A DNA stretch of 64,000 nucleotides. Source: Patescibacteria group bacterium (lineage in GTDB: Bacteria > Patescibacteriota > Patescibacteriia > JAHJFT01). The stretch spans positions 88,021-152,020 of the forward strand of contig JAQTTB010000001.1 of the NCBI GenBank assembly GCA_028710985.1. Reading direction: 5' to 3'. The translations under genes were made by a program, and so were the position numbers. How positions within the stretch are numbered: the first letter of the stretch is position 1; each line of letters begins with the position of its first letter. Shown piece after piece: positions 25,689-35,302 of this stretch. The notes beneath the pieces are model-generated. The model saw only the letters and a program-made list of their open reading frames with translations. It was not told where the DNA came from and did no database searches.

Positions 25689-28600
25689 AGGCAGATTGGC
25701 GCTGAACAGGCGCAGTTGTTCTCACAGAATATTGAATTAAATACATTTCTAAGAACCGTCCGCGCCTCGGTTTCATTAGAATAATAATTCGCAATCGCGC
25801 CACTTCCCCAACTATCCCCAAAACTTATGAGACTACCATAGCTATAGATTGAATCTTCGAGTCGTGTCCAATTGCTAGGAGCTGACGTGCTGCGCGAGCA
25901 GTTTGAACTTTCTTCTCGTTTGGAAATTAAATAAAGTCTCGGTTTTTCATTTTGAGGAAATTCTTTAAAATAAACCTTGAGGGCGTTCATCGCGTCATTG
26001 TCAGCGTTCGTCCATTGCCCATTCAATGGTGTATTGCTATCAATCACCACCACGAGCCGCAACGCGCCGGTCCGCCATTCATGACCGGCCACCACGTCCA
26101 CGACCGCGCGCGCCCATGACGGCGTTTCATTTAATCCGGTAAAATGCCCGTCGGCCTGACAGTTGCCCAAATCGGACGCCCATTCCCTGCCGCACAAATC
26201 ATGGCTCGAAAGCCCCCCATAGGGTTCCAGCTCGACACTATGGAAATCTTTAAGTTTTCCGCCGATTGGAATTATGTTATCAATACAGCCTTCGATTTCG
26301 GCGGCCACGTCAGATTCATATAAAATATATTTAAAAGAGTTATTTTCATTTGCCAGATAGAATGTTTTTTTAATATCATAGTAAGGAAATCCAGAAATCG
26401 TATAATCAATCAACGGACAAATCATCTTTACATTATTCATAGTATCGCATGTCTTAACGTCAACTGAGTAGCTGGTCATGGTTGTGATAAAGACCGCATC
26501 AACTTTTCCGTCAAAATTTGCGATTCCCCAATCGCATTTTTCTCCATCGGCCTGGTCTTGGTTGCCGTCGCCACAGTATGGTGCATAAGCCGTGCAGGAA
26601 GCATTGCAATAGCGGTCAAACATATCGTTGTAATCGGGCGTGTTGTTCACCCCGGAATCGCAAACCTCGCCCTCGTTTTCAATTACCTTGACGCAACGGC
26701 TGCGCGTCGCGGGGTCTTCACAACGGTAGCAATACCCCAATGACAGCGTGCTATCGCCGGATTGTGCGCAGACTTGATCACCCGGACATGAGGCATCGGA
26801 AACACATGCCTGTAATGGATGTTCAAGCCCCCAATAAGCCTCTCCTTCTTCAGTCCCCGGCACCGGCGGATAAGGAATGCTCTGAATAATCGCATCGCCG
26901 CAGCGCGGACTCTCGCGCTTGGCAATGTGGCAGGTTGAATCGCAATACTCGGCGTTATAACCATAATCACCCGGCGCCTTTGGTGCGATGGCCGGCACAT
27001 GCCTATAAGAAATATTCTGCCCCTGGCAGACTCCTTCGTCATAACCCAAACCTGAAGTCGGTGCCATGCCTTCCCCATAAACAAACCCGCCCGGAGTAAT
27101 TGAGGTTAAAACATTAGGACACGCGTCCGCAGCATATGGATCGCATGATATATAGCCTTCCATTGGGTGATAATTGCCCGAGGTCCCCAGGGTCGGATAC
27201 CAGCAGGCAATCGGACCCTCGTCGCATTCCTCAATTCCCTCTTCTTTTATTCCGTCGCCGCAATAATCACCGGTCACGGTCGCAAATCCGCAATAGTCGG
27301 TGCAGAACGTGCAGGTATCGCCGTAGCGCGGCGTGCACGCTGTGCCATTTGCCGAACCCGCGTCGCAGGCTTCAATGCCCGCGTACTGATAACCGTCGCC
27401 GCAGCGCGATACGCGGCAGGAAACCGCAGTATCGTTTTCCCGGCCCGAAATAATGATGCAGCCGTCGGTGTTATCCGTATTGCCGTCGTCGCACTGTTCA
27501 ACGCCCTCAAGTATGCCGTTGCCGCAAACCCCGTCCGTCACGCAGCTCATGCCCCACGAATTCCATTTACAAGCATCGCTCGCGCAGGTACGCACGTATT
27601 TTAACTGATAGCCAGTACTCGGGTCGATGCCACATGGCAGATTACAGGACGTAAACGATTGTTTGACGCGGTACTCGCAATCCCCATAAGTAATATGATG
27701 GCTGCCAAACGTACAGGTCTCAAGCGTTCCCGGCCAATAATAGCCGGCCGACGATCCGGGACAATTTTCATCCGTGGTACATTTCATCTCCGGATAATAG
27801 CGGCAAACACCATCAGTTGTTTCTTGATGGTCATCGCCTTCGCACTGTTCTTCAGGCTGTAAAATATCATCGCCGCACATCGGACCCGGCACGCGGCAAT
27901 CCCAGCTGCAGCCCGAATCATACTGCCCATTCAAAACTCCGCGGTCGCATTGTTCGGCTCCGGCCATCATTGCGTCGCCGCAATATGCCGCGCTGCCCGC
28001 GCAGTCCGCGCTGCAATGTCCGTATTTTCCGTTATTTGACCCCTCGTCGCACGCCTCGCTCATAAAACAGAATGCGCCCGGGCAGTCGGTATCGCGCTGG
28101 CAGAGCAGGCCGTCAGACGCACCGCCCATGCAGAATCCTTCGCGCACGCCGTTGCCGCAAGCCGGGAGTGAATCCGCGCATTCGCCGTATCCGGATTCGC
28201 CCGAGACCGCCCAGCGGCACGCGCTCCCCTCTTTGACGCAGGAAACCGGCCGCGAGCTCGCCCCGGTGCAGCTTACAAATTTTTTGTCGCCGAGTTCGCA
28301 CTCTTCATCCGGACCGCGCACGCTGTCGCCGCATAAATTATCGTTTGCAAAAGTATTATTCGCGCAGCCCTGGTTCAGAGTTAAATGCGCGGGCAAAGAT
28401 TCCGGAGTCCAGTAATTCGGAAATTCAAGCGATGCGAGCAGTTCGTAATCTCCGGCGCCAAGCGACCGGTATTGATATACCAGGGATTCGGCCGGGCAGA
28501 AGAACCGGAGGCCCGTCGCGTCAAAGCAAGTCGCGCTGTCATAGCCCTCGCCGCAGGCCGCGAATTTATTGACCGGATCAACCGGTAAAACCTGGCCAAG

Positions 28601-31600
28601 CGCGCCGCCGAGCTCAATCTTCCATGACGGCCAGAGACTCGTGGAAAGCGACCGGAGATACGAGCCCGACGCCAAGGCCGGCATGCCGCCGCTCATTGCT
28701 TTATATGATTCAAAACTCGCCTCTAGCGACATGAGATCCGTAATCCTCTTAGTGTCGCGCCGCAGTTTGTCTTTATCCGCGTCGCAGGCCGAACGCGGAT
28801 TTGTCGCAAGACAGTCCAGATTACTGGTGCAGGAAATTATCTTTCCGTCCTCGCTCCGCAAAAAATCGCCGAATTCGTTGCGGCAAACGCGCGCATTATT
28901 TACATTGTCATAGTTCAATACGAAATTATTAAGCATCTGATTAAAAATGCCGACTGTCATTTCGTTCGCGCCTTCGTTGCGCGATAGTATATAAATATTA
29001 GTGAAAAGCGCCGGATCGCCGAATTTATTTGCTGCATTAATATACACGCTCGTGCCGACGCGCACTGCCGGATAACCGTCAACCTCCATTACCTCCGGTT
29101 CGCCGCCAAAGCCCTGGCTCCGATACCACTCTTCAGCCGAAAGATGGCTGGGATTCGGCATAACGCGGAGACCGATGGCGTCGCGCGCCCAAGCCGCGGC
29201 TGGATCCGAATTTTTATAAACCAAAAGATAATCTCTAAGCACCCCGGCCGGCGGAGATTCAACCCTCTTCACCTCCAGCTCGGGCAAAAGTTCGGGCGCG
29301 CTGTCGCGACAATAAGTAGTGGCGAAATGAAAATCAGTCGGATCTGCAAAAATCAGCCACGGATTTTCGCAAAGATTGACCATCGCGGTTACCGAATCGG
29401 TCACCGTCTCGCCGGCGCAGCGGCCCGGCGCAATTTCCGACTCCCCAACGCATAAATTTCGCGGGCAGTCCGAATCACGGGCGCATGCTTTTCCAAAAAA
29501 ATTATTAATTGTAACCTTAGCCTGCGCGCTCACCTGCTCTTCGCCGTTTAGTCCGGCCGGCGTCACCATCTGATCCGCGGCGTCGCTTGTTGTAACGTTG
29601 ACTATATTTTTATCAGTCGTCGTATCGTCTGGAATTGCCGAAGCCCAGCTCCATTCCCATTCGTATTGGCCGGGCGTTTCCTGAATCGCCGTAGGTGAAA
29701 GTCCGGCGCGCCGGCTCACTGCGAGCGCGGAAAAACTCCGCGCGCCATGCGGCTCTTCGAGGCTCGCCGCGTCTTTGGTGTCAAAGAAAAAATCTTCTTC
29801 CGGATCGGCGATGTAAACATAATCAAGTTTGCAAATTTCCGTGCCCGTGCCGAAATAACTGGCGTAATAATTATTCAACGCCACGCCGTCAACCGATTCA
29901 ACGGCTTCTAAAACCCTAATTTGGTACCATGTATCCGATTCTAAAGTTCCTTTATATCTATAATAAACCGATTTACCATCGGCCGAGAGCTCAACTGCGC
30001 CGTCAACGATATCTCCCTCGCAATAATTCAGCGTTTCCGGATCCGGCGTTTCCGGCGCCCGCGCCTGGGCAAATCTGCCCGTAATACCCGCGAATAAATT
30101 TTTAAAACTCTGCCATACGGCACGCCACCACGGCAGATAAGCATCGGCGCGCGTCACAAGCACGGATGTATAATTCACTTCTCCGGCATTACAATTTTGC
30201 GTTTTACCTTTTAACAAAATTATCCGGTTTTTTGTCGTCCCGCCTTGATCGTATTTTAACGAAGCGGCATTCAAAGCCTGCGAAAAATCAATTTTCACCG
30301 CGGCGTTGCGGCATTGATCGTTTGAACTGTTCGCCGGAATCACGGCCGAAACCCGCGGCATGGGATAACAACATGAATTATCCGCAAGTCCGAGCTCCGG
30401 ATCGATGGCGCGGCATTCAGCATCAGTCGTGAATCCGCAAAGAATTGTAAAATTAGCAGTTCCGGTTTTTTCCTCAGTCGCTGCGAAAATTTCCGTTGCC
30501 TGATTGCCCTGTTCATTAACTTCCCCGCGGCCAACCGCCTCGGCGACCTGAACCGGATCAGCGAGTCCGTCACCGTCCACGCTCTCGCAACCCGCCTCTT
30601 CGCCCGTCCCAACCACGCCGTCGCCGCAAAATGACGACATCGCGTATTCTCCCGATGAACCGAGCGCCAAACAATTTTTGCCGCATCCCTGCCTACCGGC
30701 AGGCAGGCTTTCGCCGCCGTCGCAATCCTCTCCCTGTTCCTTGAGGCCGTTGCCGCAGCAATTTGCGACCGTCGGATCGGAGCAGGGATAGGTACCTTCA
30801 TTCAGACACTTATCCGAACAGCCGTCGCCCGAACGCGGCCGGCATTGAGAGTCGCCGATACCCGCGCATTCAAGATTGGAACGGCACGTGGTTCTCATGT
30901 CCGCGCAAATTTTTCCGTTGTCGCAATCCTCACCGAGTTCGCGCTCCGCCGTACCGTTGCCGCAAACTGCGAGCGGTCCAGAATCCGAACCTTCGTTCAA
31001 GCATTCACTTGAGCAGCCGTCGCCGTTCCGACGGTTCATATCGTCGCAATCCTCACCGTCTCCCAAATCCCCGTTGCCGCAAACCGAACCGGCGAGCGTC
31101 GCTCCCTCATTCTGGCAGCCTTCGGAGCAGCCGTCGCCGGAAATATTATTGCCGTCATCGCATTCTTCGTGGCCCGTAATCCAGACGTTGCTCCATGGTG
31201 AAATATATGTCGGATCGTCAATATCTGCGTTTCCACAGGTGCCGCCCGACGCAACCGTCTCCACCGCTTCCCTGAGACACCGCGCCGAACAACCGTCGCC
31301 AACCAAAATATTTTTATCATCGCATTCCTCACCCATCGATATTTCGACATTGCCGTTGCCGCAAACCGCGATATTCATTCTTGAACCCAAGTGCAAACAA
31401 TTTGACTTGCCGCACCATGCCGAAACGCTTGCCGGCGCCGTATCAATCATTCCGGCCGCAAGCAACCGCCCGACATCCTCGTCTCCCGACGACCAGCCCC
31501 AGTTGTAGCCCCACGGATCCAGGCTCTGGCCCTTGGCACTGCATTCATCCGCTTCGCCATAAGGCACGGCCGAATACTGTACTCGCTCCCCCTGGCCACG

Positions 31601-34600
31601 CGTTATTCCGTTGACCGGCGCGACTTCAACACGATCAATGGCGCAAAGCTCAGGCGTATCCTTTGTCCTAAATATCCACGAAAAACTCTCGCCGTAATTT
31701 AAACCCGTCAGGCTCGTGTCGGTATAACTCTTAATTTGATCTGACAAAATTACCCGGTAATACGTTTTTTGTTTGAATACGGCATGATTCACCACAATTT
31801 CTTCCCAGGTTGACATGTCAACCGCGGACACGCCGGTTACGAGATTGCCGCCCGCGAATGAACGGCAATTTTCATTCTCGCATTCCAGAATCTGAATGTT
31901 TCCCGGAGCCATGAGCGAATCCGCGTCCATAAGTGTATTAAAACCAATGCGCACCCCGGCGTTGCGGCAAGCCTCGGTGCAGTTCGGTTCGTAGAAAATC
32001 ACCGTCGGATCAGTAAAATCGATCACCAGCTCTCCGACGCCACTCTTACCCTCCGCTTCCGCGGAGATCGAAACCGGTTCGCCGCGCGTTTCGGTGAGCG
32101 GCAAAACTTCCGCGAGCCAATCACTTATCGGATCCGGCACCGCAATCTGCGCTTTTAAAATATCACTTGCCGACCAGAGCCAGTCATAACCGCTCGGATT
32201 TAGGACAAGACAAATATCATCTGATGAAACCGCGGCCGCGGCATACGGAATCGAATCCTTGGATTTCGCAATTTTGTAATCCGGCGTAACCGCGACTTGT
32301 CCCAAAGCGCACGGCTCACTCGTCGCGCGGGTCTTCCATGAATAGCAATATGCAAAACCCTCACCGCACGCCGAACGCTCTTCCATATTTAAGTTTCCGA
32401 CACTCGCATCACCGCGAAGCGCGGTCGCGAGCTTAACCTCATAAACGCTTGATGAATCAAGCGCCGACGCGGGCAAAATCTGGAAACCCCGGTTGTCGCC
32501 AAGCGCGTTAATTTTTGACGTTTCAACATCAACCGTGGCTGAACATGGATCATCCGCGCCAGCTACGCATTTATAAAATTTAATATTTTCGGTCGTAAAC
32601 CTCGCCGTATCCATGGGCACATTAAATCGCACTGTCGGTACGGCATTGACGCAGGCCTCGCCGCTCCGCGCATCCCAGGGCGACGGCGATGCCGGCAAAT
32701 CCTCGGCCGCGCAGGATTCAATTACCTGCGGCGTAATCGGGATAATTCCGGTTGAAAAACGCCACACGAAAGACGCCTCGCGCGGGCCGACCGCGCATTC
32801 CTCATCCGCGCCGCGGCAGGTGCCGTCGGCGCAGCACTGTTGATCCGCGTCGCAGGCCGCCGGCTCGTCAAGACAGTTCTCAACCCGGAAATTTATGCCG
32901 TTTGACGGCAATCCTCCGGATGAAGTCGCGACCACCGGACCGGTCGCCGCGCCAGCGGGCACAACGGATGATATTTCAGTGTTTGACCATGCATTGATTT
33001 GCGCGTTTTTCAAATTATAAAACATTACCGAACCGGCCGAGCCGCCGAGCCGTTCGCCAAAAATAACAACCGCGGTTCCCGCCGGACCGGCGCTTGGCGA
33101 AATTCGGCAGACTCCCGGCGCGAGCGCCGCTGTCGTCACCGTGAACGCGGCCGCGTCGCTTGTTTTGGCGTCAGAACGCGTCACGCGTATTTCATGCGCG
33201 CCGGCCGATACCGCTCCGCCGTCCGCGTATGCGGCCGGCACTTTAACCGTAATGCTGTCCGCCATCCAAAAATCCGTGCCGCAGGCTTCGGGAAAATTAA
33301 AATCCCCGAGCGCTGATTGGCCCGTGGATGTATTTATAAAAGTCACTTTACCGACCGACGAACCAAAATTACTGCCGCGCAGCGTCACATACTCGCCGAT
33401 CGGACCCATAGCCGGACTCACTTCCGCGATCACCGGTTTGCCGCTGAGCCCCCGCTCGACAACTTGAAAATCTACTCCATTTGAAGAAACTCCCCCGACC
33501 GAAACGCGCACCGGATATTCACCTTCCCCCATCGGCGGAATAGTCGCGCGCACGGCTCCGGCCGCCCACGACTCAATCCGGCCGGCCGGCACTTCGCCGA
33601 CCGTTACCGCGCCTTCAGCCTCACCGAATCCCGAACCCGAAATTGAAATCGCATCGCCGGCTTCTCCCTGGTTCGGATTTATTTCACAGATGCCCGGACG
33701 CGCTATCGTATTCACGAGAAAATCCGCCACCACCGGTCCGCGGGTATTGTCCGTGGTGTCTGCTTCGCCGGCCAATGATACAACTTCAATCGGGCCGCTT
33801 GGCGCTGCCGCCGGGACAGTTATAATAATTTGATTATTTGACCAGACGCTCGTGCATGCCGCAAGCGGAGCTTCAATCTCATCCCCTTCGGCAGCGGCTC
33901 CCAAAAATCTTACTGTTCCGCGCGCAACTCCAAAATATTGACCCGCAATCGTGACAAGCGTACCGGGTGCGCCGTCCAGGGGATCAACACCTTCAATGAG
34001 CGGAAGCGCAACGCAAATTCCGCCCTCGCAATAACCGGATGAACATTCTTCGCTCATAGTGCAGGTTCCACCGGCGCAGGAACCGCAGTATTCCGCGCTC
34101 CCCGAATCCTCACCGCAATCAATGCCGGTCTCTTCGCTATCACGCACGCCATTAAAACAATGTTCAGCCCGAGCAACTACGGAAACCGATTCCGATGTTC
34201 CGCTATTGTCGTCAATATCATAGGCCCGCGCCTGAACCGAATGCCGCGAACCGAGCTCAAGGCCGGTCGTATCCCAGTCAACCTCGGCAGTAAAATTCAT
34301 GGGCGTCGGCGAAGGCGGCCCGTCGCTTGACCAAAGCGCGCCATCAACATCAAAATCCACGACCGAAACCCCGGCATCGTCCGTGGCCTCGGCCTGAAAA
34401 GTTATTATTGAATTTACCGGAATGCCCTGACCGTTATCTGGATAATTTAAAACAACATTCGGACCGGTTACGTCCACGAGATTGCCGGTTGAAAATGAAC
34501 CTTCGCATATCGCGCCGAATCCGCTGCAGCTCACATACATTCCGCCCGAACTCCGAAGTCCGGTCGCTATCGAAACGCGGTATTCAGTATCCGCGTCAAA

Positions 34601-35302
34601 GCATTTTTTACTCTGGTTCGGATCCGGGCACGCCGCGTCCGGCACAAAAATCACCTTGTTTCCCGCCGCGCTGAACGCACCTTCAACGCGCGTGCCATCT
34701 GCTGCGCGCGCGACTGTAATATTCCGCTCAATCGTTCCCGCGTCAACCGCGGCGTTGAATAAAATTCTGATCGCAACATTGCGGATTGGCACCGCGCCCT
34801 GCGGACTCATGCTTTCAACCTGAAATGTTCTTGTTACGCCGCCGGGGATTCCGCCTCCGCCCGGACCGGTCGGACCGGCACCCTCCTCAACCCCGGTTGC
34901 CCGGAGCAATGAATTCAGTACAAACTGAGAAATCGCAAAAGATGTCAGAATGATCGCAAGCCCGATCACCGCATTGGTCAAAACCTTTTTCGCGTTTCCA
35001 ACCTTTTCTTCGTCTCCGCCGGCCGTCATCCACAAAAATCCGCCATAAAGCACAAAGATCAGCGCGATAATACCGAGTAGACCAAGAGCGATGTTGATAA
35101 TTCTCGCGACAATCACGCGGATATCTCCGCCGCCGAGCTGGATCTCCTCTGCCACCGGCTCAATCCCCACGTCTACCGCCAAAACCGCATGCATGAACGA
35201 CAAAATGCTAACCGCAGTTATCAAAAAAATACCCGCCAAAACAAAACTTTTGACTTTTGACTTAGACTTTTGACTTTTGACTTTTGACTTTTGACTTTTC
35301 AT
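25685..35302 (-). CDS. Giant (3205 aa) cell-surface protein. It has an N-terminal signal/transmembrane segment plus a two-helix pilin-like membrane module, a Gly-rich linker, and then Ig-like domains, IPT/TIG-like domains and many Cys-rich repeats of the CGNGxxExGEECDDGNxxxGDGCSxxC type.
   Basis: Single uninterrupted ORF. N-terminus MKSQKSKVKSQKSKSKVKSFVLAGIFLITAVSIL...DIRVIVARIINIALGLLGIIALIFVLYGGFLWMTAGG...KKVLTNAVIGLAIILTSF. Repeated V-x-P-x-x-G...FS.PMD Ig-like blocks. At least 15 CxxGxxxxGEECD repeats. Confidence 0.8.
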   Translation of the reverse strand: MKSQKSKVKSQKSKSKVKSFVLAGIFLITAVSILSFMHAVLAVDVGIEPVAEEIQLGGGDIRVIVARIINIALGLLGIIALIFVLYGGFLWMTAGGDEEKVGNAKKVLTNAVIGLAIILTSFAISQFVLNSLLRATGVEEGAGPTGPGGGGIPGGVTRTFQVESMSPQGAVPIRNVAIRILFNAAVDAGTIERNITVARAADGTRVEGAFSAAGNKVIFVPDAACPDPNQSKKCFDADTEYRVSIATGLRSSGGMYVSCSGFGAICEGSFSTGNLVDVTGPNVVLNYPDNGQGIPVNSIITFQAEATDDAGVSVVDFDVDGALWSSDGPPSPTPMNFTAEVDWDTTGLELGSRHSVQARAYDIDDNSGTSESVSVVARAEHCFNGVRDSEETGIDCGEDSGSAEYCGSCAGGTCTMSEECSSGYCEGGICVALPLIEGVDPLDGAPGTLVTIAGQYFGVARGTVRFLGAAAEGDEIEAPLAACTSVWSNNQIIITVPAAAPSGPIEVVSLAGEADTTDNTRGPVVADFLVNTIARPGICEINPNQGEAGDAISISGSGFGEAEGAVTVGEVPAGRIESWAAGAVRATIPPMGEGEYPVRVSVGGVSSNGVDFQVVERGLSGKPVIAEVSPAMGPIGEYVTLRGSNFGSSVGKVTFINTSTGQSALGDFNFPEACGTDFWMADSITVKVPAAYADGGAVSAGAHEIRVTRSDAKTSDAAAFTVTTAALAPGVCRISPSAGPAGTAVVIFGERLGGSAGSVMFYNLKNAQINAWSNTEISSVVPAGAATGPVVATSSGGLPSNGINFRVENCLDEPAACDADQQCCADGTCRGADEECAVGPREASFVWRFSTGIIPITPQVIESCAAEDLPASPSPWDARSGEACVNAVPTVRFNVPMDTARFTTENIKFYKCVAGADDPCSATVDVETSKINALGDNRGFQILPASALDSSSVYEVKLATALRGDASVGNLNMEERSACGEGFAYCYSWKTRATSEPCALGQVAVTPDYKIAKSKDSIPYAAAAVSSDDICLVLNPSGYDWLWSASDILKAQIAVPDPISDWLAEVLPLTETRGEPVSISAEAEGKSGVGELVIDFTDPTVIFYEPNCTEACRNAGVRIGFNTLMDADSLMAPGNIQILECENENCRSFAGGNLVTGVSAVDMSTWEEIVVNHAVFKQKTYYRVILSDQIKSYTDTSLTGLNYGESFSWIFRTKDTPELCAIDRVEVAPVNGITRGQGERVQYSAVPYGEADECSAKGQSLDPWGYNWGWSSGDEDVGRLLAAGMIDTAPASVSAWCGKSNCLHLGSRMNIAVCGNGNVEISMGEECDDKNILVGDGCSARCLREAVETVASGGTCGNADIDDPTYISPWSNVWITGHEECDDGNNISGDGCSEGCQNEGATLAGSVCGNGDLGDGEDCDDMNRRNGDGCSSECLNEGSDSGPLAVCGNGTAERELGEDCDNGKICADMRTTCRSNLECAGIGDSQCRPRSGDGCSDKCLNEGTYPCSDPTVANCCGNGLKEQGEDCDGGESLPAGRQGCGKNCLALGSSGEYAMSSFCGDGVVGTGEEAGCESVDGDGLADPVQVAEAVGRGEVNEQGNQATEIFAATEEKTGTANFTILCGFTTDAECRAIDPELGLADNSCCYPMPRVSAVIPANSSNDQCRNAAVKIDFSQALNAASLKYDQGGTTKNRIILLKGKTQNCNAGEVNYTSVLVTRADAYLPWWRAVWQSFKNLFAGITGRFAQARAPETPDPETLNYCEGDIVDGAVELSADGKSVYYRYKGTLESDTWYQIRVLEAVESVDGVALNNYYASYFGTGTEICKLDYVYIADPEEDFFFDTKDAASLEEPHGARSFSALAVSRRAGLSPTAIQETPGQYEWEWSWASAIPDDTTTDKNIVNVTTSDAADQMVTPAGLNGEEQVSAQAKVTINNFFGKACARDSDCPRNLCVGESEIAPGRCAGETVTDSVTAMVNLCENPWLIFADPTDFHFATTYCRDSAPELLPELEVKRVESPPAGVLRDYLLVYKNSDPAAAWARDAIGLRVMPNPSHLSAEEWYRSQGFGGEPEVMEVDGYPAVRVGTSVYINAANKFGDPALFTNIYILSRNEGANEMTVGIFNQMLNNFVLNYDNVNNARVCRNEFGDFLRSEDGKIISCTSNLDCLATNPRSACDADKDKLRRDTKRITDLMSLEASFESYKAMSGGMPALASGSYLRSLSTSLWPSWKIELGGALGQVLPVDPVNKFAACGEGYDSATCFDATGLRFFCPAESLVYQYRSLGAGDYELLASLEFPNYWTPESLPAHLTLNQGCANNTFANDNLCGDSVRGPDEECELGDKKFVSCTGASSRPVSCVKEGSACRWAVSGESGYGECADSLPACGNGVREGFCMGGASDGLLCQRDTDCPGAFCFMSEACDEGSNNGKYGHCSADCAGSAAYCGDAMMAGAEQCDRGVLNGQYDSGCSWDCRVPGPMCGDDILQPEEQCEGDDHQETTDGVCRYYPEMKCTTDENCPGSSAGYYWPGTLETCTFGSHHITYGDCEYRVKQSFTSCNLPCGIDPSTGYQLKYVRTCASDACKWNSWGMSCVTDGVCGNGILEGVEQCDDGNTDNTDGCIIISGRENDTAVSCRVSRCGDGYQYAGIEACDAGSANGTACTPRYGDTCTFCTDYCGFATVTGDYCGDGIKEEGIEECDEGPIACWYPTLGTSGNYHPMEGYISCDPYAADACPNVLTSITPGGFVYGEGMAPTSGLGYDEGVCQGQNISYRHVPAIAPKAPGDYGYNAEYCDSTCHIAKRESPRCGDAIIQSIPYPPVPGTEEGEAYWGLEHPLQACVSDASCPGDQVCAQSGDSTLSLGYCYRCEDPATRSRCVKVIENEGEVCDSGVNNTPDYNDMFDRYCNASCTAYAPYCGDGNQDQADGEKCDWGIANFDGKVDAVFITTMTSYSVDVKTCDTMNNVKMICPLIDYTISGFPYYDIKKTFYLANENNSFKYILYESDVAAEIEGCIDNIIPIGGKLKDFHSVELEPYGGLSSHDLCGREWASDLGNCQADGHFTGLNETPSWARAVVDVVAGHEWRTGALRLVVVIDSNTPLNGQWTNADNDAMNALKVYFKEFPQNEKPRLYLISKREESSNCSRSTSAPSNWTRLEDSIYSYGSLISFGDSWGSGAIANYYSNETEARTVLRNVFNSIFCENNCACSAPICL
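35271..35298. repeat. Heptanucleotide tandem repeat (TGACTTT on the plus strand, AAAGTCA in the coding sense), four perfect units plus imperfect flanking units. It starts within codons 2-10 of the giant gene.
   Basis: gacttttgacttttgacttttgacttttgacttttcat. The unit length is not a multiple of 3. Confidence 0.7.
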
